Below are positions 1 to 13,976 of a DNA stretch of 64,000 nt, piece by piece. A program made the position numbers and the translations under genes. The DNA is taken from NCBI GenBank assembly GCA_951406725.2, contig OX597817.1, forward strand, positions 129,332,001-129,396,000, read 5' to 3'. The notes under the pieces were generated by a model that searched no databases, was not told the DNA's origin, and saw only the letters and a list, made by a program, of their open reading frames with translations. Within the stretch, counting starts at the first letter, position 1. Every line of letters starts with the position of its first letter. This DNA comes from Octopus vulgaris (taxonomy: Eukaryota).

Positions 1-146
1 CCGTAACTTGGCGGTTCAGCAAAAGAGTACGATGAATAAATACAAGGCTTACAAAGAATAAGTCGCGGTGTCGAGTTCTTCGACTAAAGACGGTGCTCCA
101 GCATGTTCGCAGTCAGATGAGTGAAACAAATAAAAGAATAAAAGAA
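1..146 (+). mobile_element. 3' part of SINE family A
   Basis: Matches the tail of the full copies (…ggtgctccagcatg…cagtca.atgactgaaacaa.taaaagaataaaag). Confidence 0.8.
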
Positions 147-740
<594 letters not shown>

Positions 741-770
741 GATTGTACACACACACAAATATCTATTTTA

Positions 771-990
771 AGTCTTTCACGTGTTTCAGTCATTAGACTG
801 CAGCCTTACTGGGGCACCGCCTCGAAGAATTGGTAGTCGAATGAATAGACCCCAGTTCTTTTTCCTTTTTCTTTTAAGCGTGGTACTTATTCTATCGATC
901 AATGCTGCCGAATGGTTAAGATACGGGATCGTACTCACACCAACACCAGTTGTCAAGCGGTGGTGTGTGACGAATACTGATGCAAAAATA
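771..990 (-). mobile_element. SINE family A, diverged 3' half
   Basis: Reverse complement of the family A tail (tgtttcagtcatt.gactgc.gcc…gcaccgcc). Confidence 0.7.
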
Positions 991-1520
991 CCCAAAAATA
1001 CGCACGAACACACACACACACACACATATATATAATTAAGGGTTTAGCAACAAGTTGCTTCACCACATAGCGAAAATTTAGAAATAGCAACCAAAGACTG
1101 CTAATTCTTTTAACTACAAATATGACTCCACAGACAACAATATTTGTAACTCACATTGCCTATTTGAGTTACAAACTGAATATGGAACCATGCTGATATA
1201 CATTTATATACATGCATGTGTAAATAGTTCTGTCTATGTATATCTATATGTATGTGTATGTATATGTTTGTGTACATTTATGTCTATGTGTATACATATA
1301 TACTTATGCGTGTCTACATATATATATATGTATATGTGTATATATGTATATGTGTATATATGTATATAGTATATATATGTATATATTGTATATATATATA
1401 TATATATATCTACACATACACATATAGTCAACTAAAAAGTAGAAAAAGAAAAAAAAAACAAACATGGGGACATAGCACAAGCAATATTAGTATGACACTC
1501 AGAGAAAGAAGAGAGTAGTC

Positions 1521-1555
1521 GTTTTACGTTTCGAGCATAGTTCTTCTTCGGAAAC
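1521..1555 (-). ncRNA. Minimal hammerhead-like motif, variant core CCGAAGA, in a short PLE-like element (~1430-1630)
   Basis: GTTT-CCGAAGA-A-GAAC tat GCTC-GAA-ACGT-A-AAAC; stem I GTTT/AAAC; palindromic stem III ACGT. Confidence 0.5.
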
Positions 1556-1702
1556 AGGATAAACAAGAAAGTTCAAAGGGAAAGAAGGAAGTAGGAAGCA
1601 AATCGCCCACAGTCCACGCGAAGTTACACTTGTGGATATGTATATGTGTATATATATATACAATATATACATATGTATATATATATATCTATATGATATG
1701 TA

Positions 1703-1739
<37 letters not shown>

Positions 1740-1860
1740 GTATGTATATATATATGTATATATGTATGTATGTATATATGTATATATATGCTTATATTAT
1801 ATATGCAGGTGTGTGTATTTGTGCGTATATACATACATGTCTGCATATATACATATATAT

Positions 1861-2033
1861 GGCGCAGGAATGGCTGTGTGGTAAGTAGCTTGTTTACCAA
1901 CCACATGGTTTCGGGTTCAGTCCCACTGCGTGGCACCTTGGGCAAGTGTCTTCTACTATAGCCTCGGGCCGGCAAAGCCTTGTGAGTGGATTTGGTAGAC
2001 GGAAACTCAAAAGAAGCCTGTCGTATATATGTA

Positions 2034-2068
<35 letters not shown>

Positions 2069-2285
2069 GCATGTGTGTGTTTGTGTGTCTGTGTGTGTCC
2101 CCCTAGCATTGATTGCCAACCGATGCTGGTGTGTTTATGTCCCCGTTAATTAGCGGTTCGGCAAAAGATACCGATAGAATAAGTACTTGGCTTACAAAAG
2201 AATAAGTCCCGGGGTTCAGTTGCTCGATTAAAGGCGGTGCTCCAGCATGGCCACAGTCAAATGACTGAAACAAGTAAAAGTGTAA
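1861..2285 (+). mobile_element. SINE family A, full length (tRNA-like head, central microsatellite, A-rich tail)
   Basis: A-box-like TGGCTGTGTGGT and B-box-like GGTTCAGTCCC; at least 9 related copies or fragments in the window. Confidence 0.88.
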
Positions 2286-2527
2286 AGAGATATACCAAAT
2301 TGTAGACCACATTGCAACGAATGACACGCATGACTAAATATCAAAGCACTCCACAACCTTGAACCCTCATCATTCAAAAACTATTCTAACCATCCTATCT
2401 ATTCTTTATATATTTATTTCGTATTCTTTAACAATCATTCCCCAAATATGCAAACAAACCCTGCCTCATTAATCTATTAGTGATCTACTAACACACACAT
2501 AGTACCATCATTATCTTACTACACGTA

Positions 2528-2632
2528 TCAGCGAAATGTACATCTTATAACACTGGACCGGTTTATGTGGCATGAGGAGGTTTCTTCTGCAATATGGAGT
2601 GCATTCGATTCCATTATTTCGTTCCTCACCCA
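2528..2632 (-). CDS. Putative terminal exon 3 of the achaete-scute-like gene (WVRNEIMESNALHIAEETSSCHINRSSVIRCTFR*)
   Basis: Strong pyrimidine-tract acceptor CTTACTTCTGCACTTCTCCCTAG| at 2633, open in phase 0 to TGA 2530-2528, with a minus-strand AATAAA at 2418-2413. Confidence 0.42.
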   Translation of the reverse strand, partial: WVRNEIMESNALHIAEETSSCHINRSSVIRCTFR

Positions 2633-2718
2633 CTAGGGAGAAGTGCAGAAGTAAGCCGAAACGATCGTTGTCATAAATAAAGCTTCCAGTACACTGTTTC
2701 CCGCATTAATCATTTAGA

Positions 2719-2791
<73 letters not shown>

Positions 2792-3004
2792 GTATATATA
2801 TATATATATATATATTAGGGATCATTTGCCTAACGGAGAGCTGAAAGACACACCAGCATTGCACATGATTAATCAACCAATTAAGGAATCATTAATTAAA
2901 AATAATTAAGCATACGGCAAATTCAAGGATTGCATGACAATTAGTTGTAGAATATTTATTGCACAGTAAATAATAATAAATGAGTAAGGAAAGAAGTCGA
3001 TTTT

Positions 3005-3229
3005 CTTTACATGACGACCATCTCCATGAGGATGGTTGTTTATTGTTTAGTACGCATTACACATACAGAGATTAAATAATGTTACTGAACCCGGTGGTTC
3101 AACATGACGTCTGACGAAAAGAAATGAATATTTTCTTTTATTATTATGCAACATTTAACAATCACTGTATGTGTCACTTATAAGTGAACAATAAATAACC
3201 ATTCTCATGGAAACGATCGTCATGTAAAG
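3005..3229. mobile_element. MITE-like element with ~45-bp imperfect terminal inverted repeats
   Basis: ctttacatgacgaccatctccatgaggatggttgtttattgttta (from 3005) vs the reverse complement of 3185-3229, ctttacatgacgatcgtttccatgagaatggttatttattgttca. Confidence 0.7.
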
Positions 3230-3416
3230 GATATCTTCATTTCTTATTCATATATATATTTGCATCTTCTCGTATCCGAACAAGACTATTACTGAAGAGT
3301 TGAAGAAGCGTGCTTAAGTTGGCTAAGCTTTTTCATATCGTTAGGAAAATCGGTCATTAATTGTGAAGGCCTTTATGCTTATTAAAACTTGCATCATTCC
3401 TCATAGACTCACTCAC

Positions 3417-3458
3417 TTCGATTTTGGAATGTTCTGGAGACAAGCCCCGGCAAAGTAT
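3417..3458 (-). CDS. Putative 42-nt exon 2 of the achaete-scute-like gene (ILCRGLSPEHSKIE)
   Basis: Acceptor TGTTGCAG| at 3459 and donor GAA|GTGAGT at 3416. Phase 0 at both ends, matching the upstream donor. No homology support available. Confidence 0.45.
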
Positions 3459-3558
3459 CTGCAACACGCAAGCATATAAACACACAAACACACACGCACA
3501 CGCACATACATACATACATACATACATACATGCATACATACATACATACATACATACA

Positions 3559-3589
<31 letters not shown>

Positions 3590-4072
3590 TGACAACGAAG
3601 TAATGAACATGGGAACTGCTTTTAATGAGCCGCAAGGTGAATGCGGTGCATTTTTTTACCCACCTGATAATATGCATTTTAGCACATATATCGCATATCT
3701 CTTCTCGGTTAAATGCAGTACAGCATCATGGCATGAGATACTGCATACAGGCATGCGTTCTTTCAGAGCAGCTACGGAAAGATATTTGTAACAAGATTAA
3801 TAGATATATCTTTCAAATAACAGAAATTTAACTTGCTTTCGTTCATGCGTCCTTGATTGTTTAACGAGACCAGACTTAAATAGACAAACACGGTCACAAG
3901 TTGAACATTTGAAGATATTATTGCTAGTTATGAGTTTATTTTCTTTGCGACTCATATAAAATTTGCACGTTTAATGCGATTTTCTGAAATATATGTGAAC
4001 ACATTCAAATGCATATTTTTCAACATGATATCTTAACACCTACAGTATGTACATATGCATATGCATGTATAC

Positions 4073-4103
<31 letters not shown>

Positions 4104-4352
4104 CATATATGTATGTATATTGTATATATGTATGTATATGTATATGTATATATATATATATACAATATACATACATATATGTATATATATATACATATAT
4201 GTATACATACATATATGTATATATATATATATACATATATGTATGTATATAGTATATATATATACATATACAGAAGTACCTCGGTTTACGAACGTCTCTG
4301 ATCACGAACAAATCGTGCTCTCTCTCTCTTTCTCTCTCTCTCTCCCACTCCC

Positions 4353-4407
<55 letters not shown>

Positions 4408-6225
4408 TTGACCCGACTGTGAATTCTGCAGCTCTCTACACACACTGATGTCGGCACTAGGACTATTACAATGAAATCTCTTAGTTACGTATTCCTAACA
4501 GCTTTGCTAAACTGTGGTATATTATGATACATAGCAAAATAAAAGCAGAGGTGAAAAATCCTTCTAGTGTCAGGAGCCTGCTTCTTGTGTACAACTAATC
4601 TTTGGGTTATGAATGTGCTGTGGAAATTAAAAATCTTTAATTTTATAAATTCAGGTCTAGATAACTGTTATTAAATTACTGTTTGAGTCTTATCGTTTTT
4701 GTTTCCTTCTTGTCATATGGGTTTTTTTTAAAGATTTCGTCATCGGGCAGTTTTATATTTTAACGCAGGAAAAATTTCGTCTGCGGACAAGTGAGTTCCA
4801 ATCCCTGGCTTTGAAGTACGAAAAAGTTCGATTTTAATCTACTTAGATAATATGCGATCGAACCCAATGGTACAATATTTTCTTCATTCCAACAATTTTT
4901 TTCTAATAAAACATAACAGAGGAATTTAATTACTTTAAGTAACGACATAAATCATTTTATGAACTACCTTGAGTACTGGGCTTAATTCTATAACTCCGAC
5001 CTTTCTCCAAATTTATGACCTAGTGCTTTGTTAGAAATTATTATCATTGCACAACTGGCTGGGTTGTGAGAGAGTCGAGCAAAATACCTCGCGGTAATTC
5101 TTGGGGTTCTTCACGCCTGTGTTAAATCCCACCGAGGTTAATGTTTCCTTTCTTCCCTCCGGGGTCGGTAAAGCAAAAACCATTCAAGTACTGAAGTCTA
5201 CATAATCGATCAACCTTACCCCGCCCCCGCTAAATAGATTCTGTGCTTAAGAAATAATAATTATTATTGCGGGCAAGGCGGTGGAATGACAGAATCGCTA
5301 GAACTTTGGGAAAATAGCTTGCAGTTTTTGCTTCACTCTTTACGTTGTGAGCTCCATTTCCTCCAAGGTTAATTTTGCCGTTCGTCGTTTGAGGGTTGAT
5401 AAAATAACATACAAGCCTGGTAGTGAAGTTGTCGTATAAAATAACTCCTTACTCCAAATTTCAAACAGCATGCCTTTGTTGGAAAAAATTTAAGGGCGAT
5501 GTATTGGAAAATCGTTAGAGCATCAGTGAAAATACTTTGCAGTAATGGTTCCAGCTCTGTACGTGCTGAGATCAAGTTTTGTTGAGGTCATCCATGTGGA
5601 GTCGGTATATAAAATGCCAGTCGAGTGCTGGGGCCAATTTATTTGTCCACGCCCTTTCCCGAAAATTGAGATAATTATTTTAGATTTTCTGGAAATGATG
5701 CATTGATGGATCATGTGTTAAGGGATGATTTAGTAATATGGGGTCACTAATGGATCATATATAAGAGGATGATGTAATGATGGCGTATGACTGTTGTATA
5801 AATGGTTGTATATTAATTGGTAACTTAGTAGTGGTAAGTGCATTAATGTTTAAATATAGTGCTATGTATAAGAGTGCTGAATGTGCATGGCCTAGTGGTT
5901 AGGCTGTTGCAGTCATGATCACAAAATTATGGTTTCGATTCTTGTATAGGATGGTGTGTTGTTATCTTAGGCAAAACACGTCATTTCACATTGCTTGCGA
6001 CAAGATGGCATCCTCTTCAGGGAGAATGTTGTGATTTCGGTCACTTATACGTCATGGAGACTGGGTAATCGGTCTTATAAGTCTAGGACTCAAGATAGTA
6101 AAAGTTTGGGAGACTTACTATATGAAAAGGTAAATTATATGAAAAAGTAAATTATATGAAAACGTAAATTATATATTAAAAAGTGATGAAATGGTGGGAA
6201 AGGCACTAATGAATTATATATAAGA

Positions 6226-6882
6226 GGGTGATGCGATTATGACAATATAGCCGATGAATTAATAGATTATATATTAAACAGTAATGTAGTTGTGAAATGT
6301 TAGTGATGCGATTTTGGCAATATAGCCGATGAATTAATGGGTTATGTATTAAATGTTGATGTAGTTGTGAAGTGTTAATGGGTTATATATAGGCGTAGGC
6401 GTGGCTGTGTGGTAAGAAGTTTGCTTTCCAACTACATGGTTCCGGGTTCAGTTCCACTGCATGGCACCTTGGACAAATGTCTTCTACTACAGCCCCGCGC
6501 TGATCAAAGCGTTGTGAATAGGTTTGGTAGACAGAAACTGAAAGAAGCCCGTCGAATATATATGTATATGTATCTATATGTGTCTTTGTGTCTGTGTGTC
6601 CCCCTTCCACCACTGATTGACAACCGGTTTTTGGTGTGTTTATGTCCCTGTAACTTAGCGGTTCAGCGTAAGACACCGATAGAATAAGTCCTAGGCTTTA
6701 AAAAATAAATCTTGTGGTCGATTTGCTGGACTAAAAGGTGGTGCTCCTGCATGGCCGCAGTCACACGAGTGTAACAAGTAAAATAATAAAAGAATATATA
6801 AGACGTTGATGCGATTATGGCAAGATAGCCGATGAATTAATGAGTTATATATTAAGTAGTGACGTAGTTGTGAAGTGTTAAT
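6226..6882 (+). repeat. Diverged ~74-bp tandem repeat (3 copies) interrupted by a SINE
   Basis: gatgcgatt.tg.caa.atagccgatgaattaat…gtagttgtgaa.tgtta at ~6230, ~6305 and ~6808. Confidence 0.75.
6392..6795 (+). mobile_element. SINE family A, full length
   Basis: Colinear with 1861-2285. Confidence 0.88.
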
Positions 6883-7189
6883 ATATTTCATGGGTTATCT
6901 AGTAATGGGCAATGTATTCATGACAGGTTTTAATAACTGCTTTCGTAAATAAAAATTATCCATCTGTTTCCGACTTTTTTGATGAACTGAGGTAAGGTAA
7001 AAGCAAGTGTACTGCTGGGCCCATAGATACAATGGAAACACATCGTTGGATTTCAACTCAAAGTTAATTAGCAGAGAATATAATGATATAAAGTGTTAGC
7101 ATTCGGACATTACTTATATATACACACGCGCGCGCGCGCGCATTACACAGAATGGTTCTTCATATAAAAAGAAGTAAAGAAATACGAAA

Positions 7190-7411
7190 GAGGAAAAATG
7201 ATCCTTCCTAATGCTGGTACAAGAACAGCAAAATGGAGAGATGGGACAATTGATTAAATCGACCCCCCGATACATAACTGGAGCTTATTTTATTGAGCCT
7301 GAAAAGCAAAGTCGACCTCGGTGAAATTTGAACTCAGAACGTAAAGACGGACGAAATGCCGCTAAGCATTTTATCCAGTGTGCTAACGATTCTTGGCAGT
7401 TCACCGCCTTC
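7190..7411 (-). mobile_element. SINE family B, diverged
   Basis: gtcgacctcgg.g.aatttgaactcagaacgtaa is the reverse complement of the family B core. Confidence 0.7.
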
Positions 7412-7487
7412 CAAAGAAGGAAACGAATAACATGAAAGCTAATTAAGCAAAAATCTCATTGTTGAATAAGAAAGATAATAAACTTAC

Positions 7488-7982
7488 TGATGTGTCTGGT
7501 AACCAACAAGGTACACAATTGTTTCCTGTGGTTGGTGGAGGAGGTGCCGCTAATTCCGGTATGTCTCCTGTGTGATGAACAGCCGAACTTCGATGTAAGT
7601 GACTATTGTGATGGCTGTGGTGATGGTGGTGGTGTGGGTATTTACCGCATGGCTGTTCCTGCACCAGGGTCGTGTCGTAGTCTTGTATCATGTTTTGCAT
7701 GTTGCGTATGTAGTCGATGGCAATGCGCAAGGTTTTCACCTTCGAGAGGCGCTTGTGCCGTGGTTCGTACGGCACGTGCCTTCGAAGCCGAACAAACGCG
7801 TTGTTGACAGCCTGCACACGGCGCCGTTCGCGAGCGTTTCGCCTGGCCACCAGATGCGGTGGTTTCTCGCTGTGCGGCACATGGCGGTAAGAAGACTTCG
7901 ACCCCGCCGTTCGTCGTACTGCGCGACTACCTGTGCCGTTTGAACTCACGCCGCTTCCCATTCCTGTTGGTGAAGATGACAT
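7488..7982 (-). CDS. Achaete-scute-like bHLH transcription factor, main coding exon (unspliced ORF would run on to the stop at 7443)
   Basis: Translation contains an intact ASC-type bHLH, VARRNARERRRVQAVNNAFVRLRRHVPYEPRHKRLSKVKTLRIAIDYIRNMQ, preceded by YRHVPHSEKPPH and followed by a His-rich tract. ATG at 7982 (MSSSPTG). Consensus donor TCA|GTAAGT at 7488/7487. The short loop with KRLSKV suggests the non-proneural ASCb-like group rather than ASCa. Confidence 0.92.
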
Positions 7983-8278
7983 CACGGAATAATAAAAAAA
8001 CACCGCGAAGATGGTTGAAAACAAGAGAAGAAAAAAGAACAAAAGTTGACTGAAAAAGACTTCCTCAATTGATTTCTCTCCTTTTCTTTCTACCTCAATG
8101 ATTTCTCTCCTTTTCCTTTCTATTCTTTCTCCTCCTCTCTTCCTCCAATATCTCTTCTTCTTGCTTTTCCTATTTCCACCTGTTTTTTTTTGTTTGTTTT
8201 TCCCCCTTCCTTTACTCCGACATTTTCCTTTCTTTTACTCCGACATATGATTAATTTACTCTGCTTTTTTATTTTCAC

Positions 8279-8367
8279 CTTCTTCTTCTTCTTCTTCTTC
8301 TTCTTCTTCTTCTTCTTCTTCTTCTTCTTCTTCTTCTTCTTCTTCTTCTTCTTCTTCTTCTTCTTCG
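8279..8367. repeat. (CTT)n/(GAA)n triplet tract ~300 bp upstream of the bHLH ATG
   Basis: About 29 perfect CTT units. Confidence 0.95.
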
Positions 8368-8707
8368 CTAGTGTCGTTCTTATATTGCTGTTTCTTGTGT
8401 TGTTAGTAGTGAATTTACTGAAGCTGACTCTGATAAGAGTAACAGGTTCGCGTGTTACTCACAGACTCTGTTTACGTTTCCCTTACTCCTGTTACTCTCA
8501 TTGCACTTTGACAGTTATTTTTGTTGTTATTGTTCTTGTTGTTTAACTTCTTCATGAACTTATTGCTACTTCTGCAGCAGTTGTTTCTGTTGTTGTTGAG
8601 TTTATGGGGCCCGCTGCAGAAACTGTAACCTATGATGTTGCTTCCTTAACTTTCACTGTCGTTGCTGTTTTGTGGCTGTATTACTGGTGGTGGGCGTGGT
8701 GGTCTGG

Positions 8708-8754
<47 letters not shown>

Positions 8755-9607
8755 TTTACAACACTATGATTGTTGTTATCATGTTTATAATTGTTGTTTT
8801 TCTTGTCACTGCAGTTTCCGTTCTTCTTCTTACCACAGTTCAAAGCGCTTTCTGTCCTTAACTGTTTACTGAACTGTTGGTAAATATCGAAATAATTGCT
8901 GCCACTGCTGCTGCTGTTATTGCTGCTGCTACTGTTGCCGCCGTACTTTTTTCTTTTTTTTGCAGCTACAGCTGCTGACGGTGTGGCTACCACTAAATAC
9001 CTTCCCTTCTCCTACAATAACTGCTGTGACTGCCACTCCTGCTGCTGCTGCTGCTGCTAGTAATAATAATAATGTGATCAGTGCTGCTACTACGGTCATT
9101 GCTGTAGGTGCAACTGCTAGTGTTCTATGAGATCAAAAGCCAACTTTCATTTTTAGACACGCCGCAAAAAACCCCAAAAAAAACCAACAAAGAAAATTAA
9201 AAAACAATATGTAAAATATTAAAATAAGGATTTTAATATTTAAAATATTTAAAATAATAAAATAAAGATATTAAACATTATAATAAAATATAAAATTCGG
9301 CAATAGATTTCCCTCAATTTTTTTCCTTTTGTTCCAATGATAAGTAAGGGTATATGAGTAGGAGAATCGGTGGTGAACCGAACGCAAGTGGCTGTAGTTA
9401 TCTAGTTAGGTCGTTTATGATCCACGTTCGAATCTTTCACAAGTCGATTTTTGCTTTCTTTCATTCTACCAAGACTGAATAAAGTAAGCTCCAATCTACA
9501 GTTCTTACAATAGATTCTAGATTCTAGATGTTCCCCTAAAATATGCGATTTGTTTCTATGAAAGGAAAATATTGCAAATATTACCACTAAAAATTACTAC
9601 TATGGGT

Positions 9608-9749
<142 letters not shown>

Positions 9750-9839
9750 GTGTGTATACGTATATATATGTATATAAATATATATGCATATATATATATA
9801 TGTGTACGTACACACACACATATATATATATATTTTAAA

Positions 9840-10069
9840 GGCGGCGAGCTGGCAGAAACGTTAGCACGCCGGGCGAAATACGTAGCCGTATTTCGTCTGC
9901 CGTTACGTTCTGAGTTCAAATTCCGTCGAGGTCGACTTTACCTTTCATCCTTTCGGGATCGATAAATTAAGTACCAGTTACGCACTGGGATCGATGTAAT
10001 CGACTTAATCCGTTTGTCTGTCCTTGTTTGTCCGTCTGTGTTTAGCCCCTTGCGGGTAGTAAAGAAATA
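9840..10069 (+). mobile_element. SINE family B monomer
   Basis: ggcggcgagctggcagaaacgttagc head, B-box-like GAGTTCAAATTCC, tail …agtaaagaaata; many copies in the window. Confidence 0.88.
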
Positions 10070-10167
10070 TATATATATATAGACACATATATCTATATAG
10101 TTACCGTATTTGTTATATTCTTGATGATCCTGGTGAATGTTTTAAAAATCAATATATATATATTTAT

Positions 10168-10299
<132 letters not shown>

Positions 10300-10403
10300 G
10301 AGCGGTAGACATAGAGACAGGGAGAGACATACGTACGTATGTACAAATATACATATATACAAAGAAATGTGTATAGAGATATATATACATGTACATATAC
10401 ATA

Positions 10404-10439
<36 letters not shown>

Positions 10440-10562
10440 TGTATAGAGTATATGAATTCCTCTATATAAATGAATATATATTATATATAATTATGTATAT
10501 ATAATTATATATATGTAGATGAATCTAAATTATATATCACGGATGTGTGTATATATGTATGC

Positions 10563-10618
<56 letters not shown>

Positions 10619-10961
10619 GTAGGTAGGTAGGTAGGTAGGTAGGTAGGTAGGTAGGAGAGGATCAAATGTCTTTTCCGATGCATAGGTTCATAAGGCAGGC
10701 TTACCCGGATTTTGTAGCGTACATAATCACTACCCAATGGACTGGTCGCAGATCTGTCCCAAGCTTACAGAATTGCTCATTTCTGCACACTGACTATTAT
10801 GCAGAAACTCCCGGTTCAGGAATCGGAAGCCCGAACTTGCGATCATGAGTTCCACGCACTCATCTTCTAGGACACGCTTTTGCATACATTTGCACACACA
10901 CACACACACATATTTATATATATATATGGTTATATCGGCGCATATAAATGTATATTACATA

Positions 10962-11024
<63 letters not shown>

Positions 11025-11216
11025 TTATATACAAATATATAGGTATATGTATTTACACAGGTATTCATAAACATTTAAATAAATGTATGTATAAATACAT
11101 ACACACACTCAAGCATATATAACGGATATATGTGTGTGTGTGTGTATAGATAGATAGATCTAAATATACGTACATTATGTGCACATATAATATACATGTG
11201 TATACATATACTTATA

Positions 11217-11283
<67 letters not shown>

Positions 11284-12136
11284 GCATATATGCATATATA
11301 TATGTGTATATATACATATATATATATATATATTTATGCACATTATACATTTAATGCACGTGTATGTATGAGCTTTCTTCATGTGTGAATATGTGAGTGT
11401 ATGTGTGTGTGTGTGTGTGTGTGTGCGCGCGGGTGGTGTGTGTATGTGTGTTGTACATATACAATACGTTTCTTTTTCCGTCTATTTAATTATTTTACAT
11501 CTTTATACTTCTAAGTTCAATCTTACACAGAGAACGTTCAGAAAACCTCAGCAACATACACATGCACGCAAACTCATGCACACACGCACGCGCACGCGCA
11601 CACATACACAGACAGACACACTGTGACAAACGCACGCGCAAACACACGCACGCACACAAATATATACAAACAAACACACACAGCCACACACTCGCCGAAT
11701 CTTCTATCGATTGTAAGATTATATAGCAGCAAGTATTTCATTATCAATGGCAAACCTCCGTCGGCGTAGTGAACCGAATGTGGATGAAAAAACGGGATGA
11801 TTAGTAGAGACTGAAAATAAGGAGGAAAAAGAAAGCCTGGTTGTAAGCATCCATCCATCAGTTTGTCATGAGGAAAAGTGGGCGTGTCTCCATCGAGTAA
11901 AAATAATAGCATTTTCTTCTCCCTCTTCTTTCACTTTCTCTAATAATCATTCATTCATTCGTTTATTTCTTAAATACGATCAATTTATACAGAGATTTGA
12001 AGCTTAGGGTTTACTGCCTCGTTATTCAGTGTTTCGAATTCATGTGTGTGTGCCGGATATATACATGCGTCTCTCCCTCTCTCTCTCCCTCTTTCTCTCC
12101 CTCTCTCTTTCTCTCGCTCTCTCTCTTTTTCTTTGT

Positions 12137-12197
<61 letters not shown>

Positions 12198-12413
12198 CAT
12201 AAATGTGTTTGTATATAAATATATATATACAAAAATGTATATATATATATATATATATATACATAAATGTATATATATATATATATACATATATATGTGT
12301 ATATATATACACACACGCACACATACATATATACATATATACTTATATAGATAGGTAAGTAGGTAGGCAGGTAGCATACATATATTTGTAATATATTATG
12401 AATATATGTCAGC

Positions 12414-12474
<61 letters not shown>

Positions 12475-12940
12475 GTATGTATATATACATTTCTATATGC
12501 TTATGTATATTTGTGTTATCATATGTACATATAGATTTATGAAGATGTATAAATATACATATATGTACATGTGTATGTGTATGTATTAATACATAAACCG
12601 AAAGAATAAAACAATAAAATATTTCTTATACTATACACACACACACAAATACATATGCATTTGTGTATATGTGTGTGTGTGTGTGTGCGCGCGTAGGGTG
12701 GGGGCATCGTGACTGTGTGGTTGCAGGTTCTGTTCTATTGCTTAACACATAGGTCAAGTGTTTTCTATTGTAGTCTCAGGTCTACTAAAGCCTTGTGTGT
12801 GGATTTCGCAGACGGAAACTGAAAGAAGCCCTCACGCACATACACACATATGTATGTATGTATGTATGCATGTATGTATATATGTATGTATGCATGTATG
12901 TGTATGTATGTACATATATATATATATGTATATATATATC

Positions 12941-13900
12941 GTGAATTATATAATTTACAGAAGAATCAAAGTTTAGATAATTATCTTGTATTTATGACAT
13001 TATGGGAAAACAGGAATTATATTTCTTGTATTAATGACATGATGGGAAAGCAGAAATTTAAAGAAACTAAAAATATGTTATTATTGTATATTATGAAGTA
13101 TTCTGAGTAATAACGAATGATAAAACAGAAATTAGAATGCAAGAGTTGCTATTTATCATACCGTGCTTTATGTAGCTTTATAGCGCTTTGCATTCTAATT
13201 TCTCTTTTATCATTCATTATTACCCAGAATACATCATAATATATAATGATAATAATAACATATTTATAATTTCTTTAAATTTCTGCTTTCCGATCATGCC
13301 TAAAGAAAATTTATTTTTTTACATATATAAGCGTGAATCATTATTAAATAGTCAATATCTAACCCCATAACTGATGACCAGCATAATATAACCTTAAATG
13401 AAATTTCCTTACTCTGTATCTTCTTTTGAACATTGCTCTCTATTTTCCTGATGAAGGGGACATTGCCTATACGGGAATTATGAAATTCACACCTTACCAG
13501 GACAAATGGACTCCTGAAACGGCCGTAGAAATATCTCTTACTTGCTATTACAATCCGTTATAAATTTCTTTAGAACTCTTAAAACAAATATATTTTTCTG
13601 GCTTTTAAACTCCTGATAAGGGTTTTTCACTACCATCAATATCATTTCTAACTATTCATTTTTAATTCTAATTTTTTAATTTTTGATAAGGTTTTCTTAT
13701 ATTCGCTATATTCCTCAACATATCGAATTTAATTTGCTTATGTTTTCATGTACATTCTTATTTCATACATCTCTTATTTCTCTTATATTCTTAAATACTA
13801 CTTTTAATATGTTCCTAATGTTTTAATGTATTTATTGTAGTAATGTATGTCATAAATCCAAGATAATCATCAAATTTTTGTTTTTCTTCAAATTATATTA
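12941..13900 (+). mobile_element. Penelope-like element 3' remnant with an inverted segment and a hammerhead
   Basis: Internal inverted matches (13038-13066 vs 13270-13298; ~12966-13002 vs ~13845-13878). Short ORF ending KENLFFYIYKRESLLNSQ resembles a GIY-YIG C-terminus and is followed by an HHR. Confidence 0.5.
13441..13533 (+). ncRNA. Type I hammerhead ribozyme motif
   Basis: TTTC-CTGATGA(13448-54)-AGGGG…CTCCT-GAA-ACGGCCGT-A-GAAA; palindromic stem III; GUA site at 13525-27. Confidence 0.72.
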
Positions 13901-13976
13901 TTTACTATCAAGCGTCGCGAGCACTTCGAAGCAGTTCTATAATTTTGCGAAAGAAAAGCAATGTAATTACTACATA

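Noticed and set aside
3111-3125. Other CTGANGA words (3111, 3292, 13371, 22967, 24006, 55240) and CCGACGA near 60181
   Set aside because: No convincing stems I-III could be paired; consistent with chance matches.
7983-8042. Hydrophobic N-terminal extension MFFFLLLFSTIF… of the bHLH ORF
   Set aside because: It starts at a non-ATG codon in T-rich leader sequence; the first ATG is at 7982.
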